Shown here: positions 6,344 to 15,144 of the stretch, one piece after another
Position numbering within the stretch: position 1 is the stretch's first letter
Layout of the letters: every line of letters starts with the position of its first letter
DNA from: a virus
Direction: 5' to 3' (one strand)
DNA length: 64,000 nt
Virus record (IMG/VR): IMGVR_UViG_3300042453_004886
Location: 130,627-194,626 of that record
Position numbers and translations under genes: made by a program
Notes under the pieces: model-generated
The model's input: only the letters and a program-made list of their open reading frames with translations
Database searches by the model: none
What the model was told of the DNA's origin: nothing

Positions 6344-6727
6344 ATGACTGCTCGAAAACAAGGGATCAGTCAGATTGAGATTGAGTCTCTTCGGTCTCGA
6401 TTTGAGGAGGTATACTATTACCTCAGGCAGCGAACAATTGATGTCTTCAAAGCAAACAACGCGCTTATAGAGGCTGAAAAAGCCTTGGAAGAAGCTACTG
6501 ATGCCATTCTGGTAAAGTACGCAGACGACCCCAAAGCACTTGGCTCAAGCGAGGTATACCGAAAAGCCAAGATTGCTGAAATGACGGTCAATGAAAGAGA
6601 AGAAGCAAGACAAGCTGAACGAGCTGTCCAGCTAGCCAAACACAATGTAGAAATTGCCCGCCTCGACGTTGAGGCAGCAAGAGCCAATCTTCGCTGCGTA
6701 GAAGCTATTATTTCACTCAACACATAG
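6344..6727 (+). CDS. Coiled-coil hypothetical protein
   Basis: 127-aa Ala/Glu/Lys-rich helical ORF. Confidence 0.75.
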   Translation: MTARKQGISQIEIESLRSRFEEVYYYLRQRTIDVFKANNALIEAEKALEEATDAILVKYADDPKALGSSEVYRKAKIAEMTVNEREEARQAERAVQLAKHNVEIARLDVEAARANLRCVEAIISLNT

Positions 6728-6738
6728 GGAGAACTAAA

Positions 6739-6936
6739 ATGACCCAAGCAACTCTTGTAAATACTGCTGTATGCGGAGAATGCGAAGCCAAAATTGAGCA
6801 CAGCGTGTGCTTCAACAAGGCTGGTTATTACATCGGTACTTTTTGTGATTGCGGGCCTTACTCCCAGTACTCTGGTTATTACAAAGACTACGATTCAGCT
6901 TTGTTTGCCCTTGTAACGAAAAACTATAAAGCATGA
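6739..6936 (+). CDS. Small Cys-rich hypothetical protein
   Basis: CGEC...GYYIGTFCDCGPYSQYSGYY; GGAG RBS. Confidence 0.75.
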   Translation: MTQATLVNTAVCGECEAKIEHSVCFNKAGYYIGTFCDCGPYSQYSGYYKDYDSALFALVTKNYKA

Positions 6937-7130
6937 ATGGTGATGCTGCAGAAGCTTATTATCTTCTTGCTGTTTGGGCTGTTAATCCAAATAAGCCAAT
7001 TCTTACTCTGACTGAAGAAGATACTGAAAACATGAAAGCACTTCTTAAAGACTACAAAGAGTGCAAGAAAAAACTGAAAGAGATACAAAATCTTTTGCTT
7101 CAAGATAGTTTTAAAAAAGCACTCATTTGA
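6933..7130 (+). CDS. Hypothetical protein
   Basis: 65-aa ORF with ATGA overlap; ends FKKALI. Confidence 0.7.
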   Translation: MNGDAAEAYYLLAVWAVNPNKPILTLTEEDTENMKALLKDYKECKKKLKEIQNLLLQDSFKKALI

Positions 7131-7155
7131 CCAAGGCCATTTCTAATTAGATTAG

Positions 7156-7192
7156 ATACTGAACTGTCCAATATTATTGGACAGTTCAGTAT
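7156..7192. repeat. 17-bp inverted repeat with 3-nt loop
   Basis: ATACTGAACTGTCCAAT-ATT-ATTGGACAGTTCAGTAT. Confidence 0.85.
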
Positions 7193-7221
7193 TCGTTACT
7201 TAAAAACATGGAGTCATACTA

Positions 7222-7425
7222 ATGGAAAACCAAGCTTACAAATGGCTGAACGCGTGGGTTGAGAGCGGATCTGATTGGGACGACGGCTCTGACGCCGGGA
7301 TTTGGGATCTTTACCGAAGCAGTTTTTGTTCAGACTCTGTTGACTACGTCGGTTTTAGAAAAGACATAAAACAGCTTTTGGACGACGCTGAAGCAGGCCG
7401 CAAGCTAAGGGAGGAACAGGGATGA
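7222..7425 (+). CDS. NQAYKWL-family small protein, copy 1
   Basis: MENQAYKWLNAWVESG...FRKDIKQLLDDAEAGRKLRE; GGAG RBS. Confidence 0.8.
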   Translation: MENQAYKWLNAWVESGSDWDDGSDAGIWDLYRSSFCSDSVDYVGFRKDIKQLLDDAEAGRKLREEQG

Positions 7426-7625
7426 CCAGGCAGGAATCTGCGCAGCAGGAAATCTGGGAGCTGATCGAGGACATCATCTCCGACTGGGCAGCCCGGGACC
7501 GGCAGGTAGGCGCTTACATTAGCAAGACTCTGATGACAAAGCTTGAGCGGCTCCTGGACGAGGCGAGCGACTGGACTGATGGGGGCATGAGCATTGTTGA
7601 GGTGAGTAGTGAAAAAGGTGCATGA
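7422..7625 (+). CDS. Hypothetical protein, GC-rich (about 59% over 7421-7590)
   Basis: 67-aa ORF with ATGA overlap and GGAGG RBS. Confidence 0.7.
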   Translation: MTRQESAQQEIWELIEDIISDWAARDRQVGAYISKTLMTKLERLLDEASDWTDGGMSIVEVSSEKGA

Positions 7626-7779
7626 AATAAACACCGCAAAAGGAATTACCTACTGTGGTCTTAAAATAACAGAAAAAGTAACTGTTGCAAGCAGTGACGA
7701 GGAATGGATAAAAGCAGAAGACGAGGATCAGTGTTGTAAAAAATGCGAATTGCTCACTGAGCCGAGTTACAGGGAATAA
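7618..7779 (+). CDS. Small possible Zn-binding protein (not in the track)
   Basis: GTG start; HEINTAKGITYCG...QCCKKC. Confidence 0.45.
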   Translation: MHEINTAKGITYCGLKITEKVTVASSDEEWIKAEDEDQCCKKCELLTEPSYRE

Positions 7780-7784
7780 TAGCA

Positions 7785-7994
7785 ATGAGATACACTGTTT
7801 GCTACGGAATAACTGGATCTGGATCAGTTGAAATAGAAGCAAACTCACCTAAAGAAGCCATTAGTAAAGCTATGAGAAGCGCTGGACCTTCTTTATGTCA
7901 CGAGTGCAGTCGTGAAATTTCCGATCCTGAGATTGATCCAGATAACATTTCTGTATTTGACGAAACAGGTGAGCAAATATACGTCGATGACTGA
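7785..7994 (+). CDS. Hypothetical protein (VEIEAxSxxEA motif, shared with 11597..11851)
   Basis: 69-aa ORF; also CHEC. Confidence 0.7.
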   Translation: MRYTVCYGITGSGSVEIEANSPKEAISKAMRSAGPSLCHECSREISDPEIDPDNISVFDETGEQIYVDD

Positions 7995-8148
7995 AAAAGT
8001 CTGTGCAACCTGTATGTATGGTGACGGCGTGATATGGCAAGGAATGAGCCGGTACGCTTATGCTTGCTATTTAGAGCCACGAATTCCGTTTTCAGAAAAT
8101 AAAAAGCCTACTCATACTTGTGAAAAATGGGAGAAAAATCGTGAATAA
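7987..8148 (+). CDS. Small Cys-rich hypothetical protein
   Basis: MTEKVCATCMY...C...HTCEKWEK; ATG 7987 overlaps the previous stop region. Confidence 0.65.
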   Translation: MTEKVCATCMYGDGVIWQGMSRYAYACYLEPRIPFSENKKPTHTCEKWEKNRE

Positions 8149-8374
8149 CCAAGCTTACAATTGGCTTATGGATTGGGTAGACGAAGACTGCGGATATTTT
8201 CTTGCGGACCATTATGCAGGCGTAGTGTATCTTGGTTTAGCGACAGACTCTTTGAAGTCAGAAGACTACACCAAATTTAGAAAGTCCATGTGTCAACTTC
8301 TTGAAGATGCTGCTCACGGTCGCCGTGAAAGAGAGAAAATGTGGCGCGACCTTGGGGAGAGTAACAATGAATAA
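8141..8374 (+). CDS. NQAYKWL-family small protein, copy 2
   Basis: GTG start; NNQAYNWLMDWV...FRKSMCQLLEDAAHGRRERE. Confidence 0.8.
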   Translation: MNNQAYNWLMDWVDEDCGYFLADHYAGVVYLGLATDSLKSEDYTKFRKSMCQLLEDAAHGRREREKMWRDLGESNNE

Positions 8375-8570
8375 CCAAGCTTACAAGTGGCTGAACGAAT
8401 GGGTCGAAAGCGGCGGCGGCTGGGCCCTCGACTCGAACGCCGGGGTCTGGAGCCTCTACCTGAACGCCGCGCGCTCGTACTCCATCGGCTGCGTCGGGTT
8501 CCGCGACGACATGCGCCAGTTGCTGGCGGACGCCGAGGCCGGGCGGAAGCTGAGGGAAAGTCAATTATGA
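8367..8570 (+). CDS. NQAYKWL-family small protein, copy 3 (GC about 69%)
   Basis: MNNQAYKWLNEWVESG...FRDDMRQLLADAEAGRKLRE. Confidence 0.8.
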   Translation: MNNQAYKWLNEWVESGGGWALDSNAGVWSLYLNAARSYSIGCVGFRDDMRQLLADAEAGRKLRESQL

Positions 8571-8758
8571 ATAACCAAGCTTACAAGTGGCTTCAAGAGT
8601 GGCTAGACTACGGAGGATTCTGGGATAACGACACGTTTGGTGGTGCATGGGATTTGAGTTTGTACGGCTGGAAAGCAGATACATACGACATCCTTACCTT
8701 CCGTGAAGACATGGAAAAGCTACTAGATATAGTCAAAAAAGGAATAGAAACTCATTAA
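8567..8758 (+). CDS. NQAYKWL-family small protein, copy 4
   Basis: MNNQAYKWLQEWLDYG...FREDMEKLLD. Confidence 0.8.
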   Translation: MNNQAYKWLQEWLDYGGFWDNDTFGGAWDLSLYGWKADTYDILTFREDMEKLLDIVKKGIETH

Positions 8759-8773
8759 TAAAAGAGGTCTGCA

Positions 8774-9061
8774 ATGGAAAACTTTCTTGAATCTTTGAAA
8801 TACATGGCTGAACACGGTGGACGTTGGTTTGGCTACAAGGAAGACAACAAGGAATGGGAGCTTGCTCTAGAAAACGATAACCTTCATCACTTCATGGGAT
8901 TTACTCAGTCCGATGTTAAAGAGTTTCTTGAACATTACAAATCCACGATAACAAACCAAAAGTTATCATGCAAAGAAAACGATATTGTATCCTTCTTTGG
9001 GACTTGGCCTGGCAATGAAACAGACGAAGAGCTTCTTAAAATGCTCAAAGATCTTGATTAA
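8774..9061 (+). CDS. Hypothetical protein
   Basis: 95-aa ORF with GAGG RBS. Confidence 0.7.
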   Translation: MENFLESLKYMAEHGGRWFGYKEDNKEWELALENDNLHHFMGFTQSDVKEFLEHYKSTITNQKLSCKENDIVSFFGTWPGNETDEELLKMLKDLD

Positions 9062-9130
9062 TATTAGTTTTAGTTCTTAGTTGCCACTTTAGCTTTTTAC
9101 TGGAATAGAATATTCCCTTTTGGAGACTTT

Positions 9131-10039
9131 ATGTCAAGTTATACCGAATTTGTAAAACTTAAAAAGTCTCTTGCTTCAGTAAAAGAAAGAAAAACCTGCA
9201 TTGTAAGAGAAAATGGCAGATCATCTGATTTTGTAGCTCCGAGCTTGGCAACAGGCTGTGGCCTGAGCTGCTCGTATTGCTTTGTCGCTCGTCATAGAAC
9301 TTTTTCTAACCCCATTGAAAGGTACACCAACCTTGATGATATTTGGAAATCTGTTTACGTTCATTGGCTCAAACTGCCACCAAAAACCCCTAACCAATGC
9401 GATCCTGTTTATTGGACTTATGACATAGGCGAATCTACAGATTGCCTGCTTCCAGCAAACCTTGAAGCAACCAACTGGATGATTCAAAAGTACATTCACA
9501 GCAGCAAAGCCAAGCCTACCTTTGCCACCAAGATAGGCACTCACAAAGGCCTCCAGGAGGTCCTGCAAGGCCGAGCCAGAATCCGACTATCTCTGATGCC
9601 TCAAGTCCTTTCAGACACGCTAGAGCCCGGTACAAGCAGGATTACGCAGCGTATCAAAGCCATCAACGAGCTCGTTGAAAAAGGTTACGAAGTCCATGTC
9701 AACTTCAGTCCCGTAGTCGTGGTTGAAGGCGTCGAGAAACATTACATCGAATTGTTTCAAGAACTTGACGCAACCCTTAATTCTGTGGCAAAGTCTCAAA
9801 TCAAGTGCGAAGTGATCTTCCTGACCCATCACAAGGAGTTACACGAAAAGAACTTGCGCTGGGCGCCTGAAGCAGAACAGCTTCTATGGCGGCCCAAGCT
9901 TCAGGAAATCAAAACATCCCACAGAGGCGATACCCAAGTTCTTCGTTACGAGCACAGACTTAAAAGTAAATTTGTGCTATGGTTCAAAAACTTAATTCAA
10001 AGACATTTACCATACTGTGAAATACGGTACATTTTTTAG
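9131..10039 (+). CDS. Spore photoproduct lyase-family radical SAM protein
   Basis: GCGLSCSYCFV (CxxxCxxC); YDIGESTD; RIRLSL; RIKAINELVEKGYEVHVNFSPVV resemble the SplB-like family. Confidence 0.8.
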   Translation: MSSYTEFVKLKKSLASVKERKTCIVRENGRSSDFVAPSLATGCGLSCSYCFVARHRTFSNPIERYTNLDDIWKSVYVHWLKLPPKTPNQCDPVYWTYDIGESTDCLLPANLEATNWMIQKYIHSSKAKPTFATKIGTHKGLQEVLQGRARIRLSLMPQVLSDTLEPGTSRITQRIKAINELVEKGYEVHVNFSPVVVVEGVEKHYIELFQELDATLNSVAKSQIKCEVIFLTHHKELHEKNLRWAPEAEQLLWRPKLQEIKTSHRGDTQVLRYEHRLKSKFVLWFKNLIQRHLPYCEIRYIF

Positions 10040-10048
10040 GAGTTTTAT

Positions 10049-10285
10049 ATGTCCCAGACTATCAGCACGGATCGCATCAAGTCTGAATTGAACCAAGCTC
10101 ACAGCTCGCTTACCGAAGAAGTTAATAAGATTGTTTCTTACACGGATAAGCTCATCGAGCTTAACCTCAACACCAAGGCTCATGGTATTATTGCAAGGAT
10201 CGAAACTGTAGCTCAAATGCTTGCAGGTATTCGGCAGGATATCCAGGAAATGAAGATTTCTTATTCGGAGATACTGGGTAAATAA
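10049..10285 (+). CDS. Hypothetical helical protein
   Basis: 78-aa ORF with AGGAG RBS. Confidence 0.7.
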   Translation: MSQTISTDRIKSELNQAHSSLTEEVNKIVSYTDKLIELNLNTKAHGIIARIETVAQMLAGIRQDIQEMKISYSEILGK

Positions 10286-10286
10286 T

Positions 10287-10604
10287 ATGGGTAAAAAGGT
10301 GAAAGACGTTATTTCTCAAGGCAGGAATTTTAACTTTCTTGATACCTTCACAAAGAAAGATAAAATCAAGGCCATCATCAAACAAAACGAGTGGCTGATG
10401 ATGGAAAATAAATATCTTCAAGAGCGTATAGAAACCTACGATGACAGGTTTATCAGCATGTTTTCTCAGCTTGCTGATCTGAAGCATCAAGTTGAAAATC
10501 TTGAAGAGCAAAACAGGTATTTAAGAAATTCTCTTGAAGAAGCAAATAGCTTGAATAAAAAGCTAGAGCGTACAAGAGTCCGAAACATTTTCATGGTAGA
10601 TTAG
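10287..10604 (+). CDS. Coiled-coil hypothetical protein
   Basis: 105-aa ORF with heptad-like C-terminal half. Confidence 0.7.
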   Translation: MGKKVKDVISQGRNFNFLDTFTKKDKIKAIIKQNEWLMMENKYLQERIETYDDRFISMFSQLADLKHQVENLEEQNRYLRNSLEEANSLNKKLERTRVRNIFMVD

Positions 10605-10607
10605 GTC

Positions 10608-10637
10608 GAGTCGGGTCAAAGACGACCCGACTCTTTT
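10608..10637 (+). terminator. Rho-independent terminator
   Basis: GAGTCGGGTC-AAAGAC-GACCCGACTC followed by a T-run. Confidence 0.75.
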
Positions 10638-10774
10638 TCCAGGAAACAACGAAGATTCCTGATCTAAAATATTATTTATTTTGGAGGAATCTTGTTTAGA
10701 TTTTTGTTTTCATCTAACTTTGAAAAAATCACTTTATTCTTGAGTTTTAAAGACTTCTACTATTAGGAGCTGTC

Positions 10775-11587
10775 ATGGAAATTAAATGCTTGGACCACGG
10801 GTACGTGAGGGTTGTAGACCTCATGGGAGATGACCTGTCCCCGCTTGAAGCGGCACGTATGAGCACAGGAAATGAAACCGGTGCAGACCCCGCCAAAGAC
10901 GACGGGTTACGTGACTATCTCTGGCGTCACAAGCACGCTACTCCCTTTGAAATGAACGCGCTGCAACTGGAAGTCCAGTGCCCCATCTTTGTTGCAAGGG
11001 AATGGATGAGGCACCGAGTTCCATTCAGCTACAACGAGTATTCACAACGTTATTCCGAAGCTCTGGACCTTTACTACGTCCCGACAACGGATCGAGTTCA
11101 AAACGGCGCTCAGTCAAACATCAACAAGCAAAGTTCTGATGGACTTATTCCTAAGGAGACTTCAGAACGAATTACGAATCACATGCAAGATGAGCACATT
11201 GCTCAACGAGAAATGTATGAATCTTATTTAGATTATGGCCTGTCTCGTGAACTGGCAAGATTAAATATCCCAGTCAGCAACTATACCAAGTTCAGAGTGC
11301 AGGCCAATCTCAGGGGCTGGTTGCAGTTTGTTGACCTTCGTATTCGTCCAAACGCTCAGCACGAAATTCGTGTATACGCAGAAGCCATTGCAGACATCAT
11401 CAAGCATTTTTATCCAAAGACATATGAAGTGTTTGAAGAGTACACCCTGCTTGGCGCATCGTTTGGACACTCAGAGATGAATATCATCAGAGATATCATG
11501 TCAGAGCTAGAGCTAGATAAACCCAGAATTGTAGAAAAACTGGGCAAGTCAAAAGCCAGGGAGTTCTTTACCAAGCTCGGTATTTAG
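10775..11587 (+). CDS. thyX: FAD-dependent thymidylate synthase
   Basis: HKHATPFE; PIFVAREWMRHR; SYNEYSQRY; LRGWLQFVDLR; AQHEIR. Confidence 0.96.
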   Translation: MEIKCLDHGYVRVVDLMGDDLSPLEAARMSTGNETGADPAKDDGLRDYLWRHKHATPFEMNALQLEVQCPIFVAREWMRHRVPFSYNEYSQRYSEALDLYYVPTTDRVQNGAQSNINKQSSDGLIPKETSERITNHMQDEHIAQREMYESYLDYGLSRELARLNIPVSNYTKFRVQANLRGWLQFVDLRIRPNAQHEIRVYAEAIADIIKHFYPKTYEVFEEYTLLGASFGHSEMNIIRDIMSELELDKPRIVEKLGKSKAREFFTKLGI

Positions 11588-11596
11588 GAGGACTTC

Positions 11597-11851
11597 ATGT
11601 CCACGGAAGATATTCAAAAACAGTTTAAAGAAGCTGTGGTGACCAAGCAAAAGTTCAAAGTACAAATCAATGCAGCTGCTTACGCGTATACATACGTAGA
11701 AGTAGAAGCTGAGAACGAGCTAGATGCTCTACAGATCGGTTACGACCTCTTGACCGATCCAGCTATAGCTCAAAACTTGGCCAAGGGTGAATGGAACTAC
11801 ATCTTGGATGACTGCTCACCTTTTGAGGTAGACGAAGCTTTTCAAATTTAG
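11597..11851 (+). CDS. Hypothetical protein (VEVEAxNxxDA motif)
   Basis: 84-aa ORF with AGGAGG RBS. Confidence 0.75.
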   Translation: MSTEDIQKQFKEAVVTKQKFKVQINAAAYAYTYVEVEAENELDALQIGYDLLTDPAIAQNLAKGEWNYILDDCSPFEVDEAFQI

Positions 11852-11915
11852 CTAGAACAAAGCTAGGTTTTGGTATAAGATAGCTCCAGGTAGCAATATC
11901 TGGAGCTTACTTAAT

Positions 11916-12104
11916 ATGAGACTACTTAAATATGTTTATCAATACCTTTGTTTGAGTAAGGATTTTAAACCTTTATTCAGTCAAGATCTTGATGTTGAAA
12001 ACATGTCTCGATGGGTACTTCTTAGGCTTATAAAAGAGCTTGGATCTGAATCAACTTTAGAAGAAGCTCTTTATCACGTAGCAGGTAAAACCAATGTACA
12101 CTAA
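11916..12104 (+). CDS. Hypothetical protein
   Basis: 62-aa ORF following an intergenic hairpin (11882-11907). Confidence 0.55.
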   Translation: MRLLKYVYQYLCLSKDFKPLFSQDLDVENMSRWVLLRLIKELGSESTLEEALYHVAGKTNVH

Positions 12105-12522
12105 TGATGATACTTCGATGCGTGGCCCCAGAATAAGCATTGATATAGAAGTAGAAAACCCAAACAAAGAACCTAAAAAGATTAACAAATTAAAGCTTCC
12201 TAAACCTACCCGTCCTGAAACTCCTGAAGAGCAGAAAAAAAGACTGCTACCAAAAAACTTTAATCAACCCGATCTTTCCCTTCCACCGGATCTGGTTTTT
12301 GTAGACGGGCATCTTGTAGATGATTATGTCGTGTTCTTGTTCGATCAGAGAATCCAGTTCACAGAAGATCTGGAACCCAGTACCGTGGTTAGAATCAGAT
12401 GGAACAAAGATAACTTCATCTACGATAAACGAATCATTCTTACAGAAAGAACTAGAATAGTTTACTGGGCAAACCCTGCAGATAACAATATTGATACAGG
12501 TTTTAGTGATGGTTCTGATTAA
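12094..12522 (+). CDS. Hypothetical protein
   Basis: 142-aa ORF. Confidence 0.7.
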   Translation: MYTNDDTSMRGPRISIDIEVENPNKEPKKINKLKLPKPTRPETPEEQKKRLLPKNFNQPDLSLPPDLVFVDGHLVDDYVVFLFDQRIQFTEDLEPSTVVRIRWNKDNFIYDKRIILTERTRIVYWANPADNNIDTGFSDGSD

Positions 12523-12596
12523 GTATTTAGTTATTCCTGCACTTGAGTGGGTGTCTGCTGAGCTAGCAGCGGTGAACAAGATTCTCAGGCGTATCA

Positions 12597-12827
12597 ATGC
12601 CAAAAAGAAAAATATCTAGAAAAAAAGCTTGGGAAGCCAAACTAAAAGAAGACCAAAGACGTATAAACTGCGGCAAGCGTTACGATGAAGAAACCATTCA
12701 GGAAGCTTGCCGCATGAAGCGAGAAGGCTTCACAACTCGAGATATCCAGGATCATTTCAATACAATGATTCAAAGAACAACCCTGATTCGCTGGTTCAAA
12801 GCAAACGGAATCTACGATGAGGAATAA
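12597..12827 (+). CDS. Small helix-turn-helix protein
   Basis: ACRMKREGFTTRDIQDHF...QRTTLIRWF. Confidence 0.6.
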   Translation: MPKRKISRKKAWEAKLKEDQRRINCGKRYDEETIQEACRMKREGFTTRDIQDHFNTMIQRTTLIRWFKANGIYDEE

Positions 12828-12944
12828 AAATGAATGAACAGCCTCATGTACAACCTTGGCAAGACGCTGGAGATGTGTTAAACCAGGGTGGTACAGTTCA
12901 TGTAAGTGAATCTACTAAATTCGAGCAATTTAAGGAGAGCGCTG

Positions 12945-13139
12945 ATGCCAGACCCAAAAAAAGTCAGCCCAGACGCCGCTCTTAAAGCTGCTCTAGATAT
13001 CCTTAAAAGGAACGAATTTGACTACTCATCTGTGAATCCAAGACTTAGAGCACTTGCAGAAAACTACATCGCCGAAAGTCTTGGAGGACGACCTTTCAGA
13101 ATCATAAAAGAGATAGACTTCAAAGAGGCGGTGCAATGA
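12945..13139 (+). CDS. Hypothetical protein
   Basis: ATG 12945 with AAGGAG RBS; ends FKEAVQ. Confidence 0.7.
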   Translation: MPDPKKVSPDAALKAALDILKRNEFDYSSVNPRLRALAENYIAESLGGRPFRIIKEIDFKEAVQ

Positions 13140-13363
13140 TGCTCTGGGTTCTTGTGAAACAAGATAACCGAATTGTCTACGACAAAATATTCAATAAAGG
13201 TGTACCTTTTGCAGATCTCTCTGTAACCTGTCAGAGAATGGTTGAGTATTCTATCGCAGAACAATTTGCTAAAGCTGAAAAACCTATAACCGTTCAAATT
13301 AACTTTATTCTCAATAACAAAATAGTTAATCAAAAAACTTTTGAAAACATTACATCTAGTTAA
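13136..13363 (+). CDS. Hypothetical protein
   Basis: 75-aa ORF with ATGA overlap. Confidence 0.65.
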   Translation: MMLWVLVKQDNRIVYDKIFNKGVPFADLSVTCQRMVEYSIAEQFAKAEKPITVQINFILNNKIVNQKTFENITSS

Positions 13364-13380
13364 TTTTATTTGGAGTTTAC

Positions 13381-13890
13381 ATGAGCCTTGAACACGAATT
13401 TAAAAAGGCTGTTTCTGACCTGTACACTCATGTTTGTATTTCAGTGGATTCAGAAACAGGTGTAAATAGAAAATCGCCCAATATTTGTATTATTCCGCTT
13501 ACAAAAACTTTTATCAGTACCTTGGTAGAACACGTTAACATTGCAACCAAGCTCAAGGCTAATCTTAATAACTTTAAAGAAGCTGTATTCTATCTCAGCG
13601 AAGATGAAGAAATATCTTTTTATCAAATCTTGGAATCTGATGAACCTGCGCTTGAAGATGACTTGTATGAGCTCATGTACGGTAGCAGCAGGGTCAGATT
13701 GACTGATAGCAAGCACAAGTACATCCAGACTTTTGAGTACCCTTTCAGAAGAAGCGTATGCTCGATACGTATCTTTGCAAACGCGCAAGGTGTATACTTT
13801 GATGGAGCAGACGAGGACTACGGAGACAAGTTCTCTTCAGACTTTATATCTCGACTTGAACTGCTAACTTGGTTACAGGACGCTCTTTAA
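13381..13890 (+). CDS. Hypothetical protein
   Basis: 169-aa ORF with GGAG RBS. Confidence 0.75.
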   Translation: MSLEHEFKKAVSDLYTHVCISVDSETGVNRKSPNICIIPLTKTFISTLVEHVNIATKLKANLNNFKEAVFYLSEDEEISFYQILESDEPALEDDLYELMYGSSRVRLTDSKHKYIQTFEYPFRRSVCSIRIFANAQGVYFDGADEDYGDKFSSDFISRLELLTWLQDAL

Positions 13891-13903
13891 ACGAGGCATA
13901 GAC

Positions 13904-14569
13904 ATGGCTAAAGTGTGGACTACCGATGAAGAAATCTGGCTTGAGCTAAACTACAAACATCTAGAAACTGCGGAAGAAAGAGACAAATTCTGCAAGGACT
14001 TTGAAAAGAAGTTCAATGTAAAAAGAAGCTTCCACGCAATGAGATTGAAGGCTTGGAAAATGGGAGTCAAGTTCACTGATGTGACAGGACTTCCAACTTT
14101 ACCCGAAGTTGAAAGAACGCTTGGATTGCGTCCCAAAAGGCTTGCAAGGGTCATTCTAGCAAACCCTGACAAGTACCCTTGTATTCGTCAAAGCAATCGA
14201 ATTTTGGTCCCTGAAGAGACTTTCAAGCGATTGGAAGAAGACTACAGAGTTTTCAATCAAGAAGACCTGAAGCTGACCATGGATGTTGAGGAAGTAGCGG
14301 ACAAGCTTTGCATATCTCGCAAGTCTGTCATGACGCTTAAAACTTATGGTGTCTTGAAATACATCAGACACGGTATCAAATACAGATTCTACAAAGACAG
14401 CGTAGACAAAGCGCTTTATTTCAAAGACAACTCTGATCGGCACTGGATACACGAATTCGAGAAGTTTCACCAGCTTACGCCTACTTATTACAAGCATCTC
14501 GAAAAGACAAGAGAAAACATCAAAAAAAGGCGCCAAGAATCCAAAAAGTCAACTTTGGCTACAGCGTAA
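13904..14569 (+). CDS. DNA-binding protein with excisionase/MerR-like HTH
   Basis: MDVEEVADKLCISRKSVMTLKTYGVLKYIRHGIKYRFYKDSVD. Confidence 0.75.
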   Translation: MAKVWTTDEEIWLELNYKHLETAEERDKFCKDFEKKFNVKRSFHAMRLKAWKMGVKFTDVTGLPTLPEVERTLGLRPKRLARVILANPDKYPCIRQSNRILVPEETFKRLEEDYRVFNQEDLKLTMDVEEVADKLCISRKSVMTLKTYGVLKYIRHGIKYRFYKDSVDKALYFKDNSDRHWIHEFEKFHQLTPTYYKHLEKTRENIKKRRQESKKSTLATA

Positions 14570-14574
14570 AATAA

Positions 14575-14598
14575 ATACCCCCGGGAAACTGGGGGTAT
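14575..14598. terminator. Stem-loop after the HTH gene
   Basis: ATACCCCCGG-GAAA-CTGGGGGTAT. Confidence 0.65.
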
Positions 14599-14678
14599 AT
14601 AATTTAAACCTAGATTTTTAAAATTAATGGTTTGAATAAAGTAAAATAATTTAGTAGCAATAAACGGAGGTAACGAAA

Positions 14679-15134
14679 GTGATCGAACAGTGGTTACGTT
14701 CCGTAGTAAAAAATATAAAAAAGCCTGAACCTCCTAAAAAATCAAAATTTAAGTTACCTAACATGGTTTCAATTACACCGTACTTCAGTACAAGTGTAGA
14801 GCATGACTACGTCGATGAGCACATCATTCCTGTCGATGAAAATGGAATGGAGTACACGGTTGTAGGTGTTCCAGGTATTGATAACTTTTCAAACTACTTG
14901 ATTTATGATGAGTTTAGCTACCATAGCGGTAGGTATGCCATCGGATTTTGTATGGACTACTTTAAAGACAAGTACAACGTCATTAATCCCGAGGCAGACG
15001 ACGTTGTTTATGGAATTTTTCAAATTATACCTGGAGTCCAAGAACTTGACTTTTTTTACTACTACATAGAAAATAACTTAGTAAGTCAAGAAATCTATCA
15101 AGCTTTCTTAAAAGCAGTTAAAAATAATGAGTAG
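14679..15134 (+). CDS. Hypothetical protein
   Basis: 151-aa ORF with GGAGG RBS and GTG start. Confidence 0.7.
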   Translation: MIEQWLRSVVKNIKKPEPPKKSKFKLPNMVSITPYFSTSVEHDYVDEHIIPVDENGMEYTVVGVPGIDNFSNYLIYDEFSYHSGRYAIGFCMDYFKDKYNVINPEADDVVYGIFQIIPGVQELDFFYYYIENNLVSQEIYQAFLKAVKNNE

Positions 15135-15144
15135 GTTTTAAAAA

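Noticed and set aside
8387-8566. Arg-rich N-terminal extension of track ORF 8387..8758
   Set aside because: It is an alternative frame of the GC-rich paralog copy 3; the true start is ATG 8567, matching the family N-terminus.
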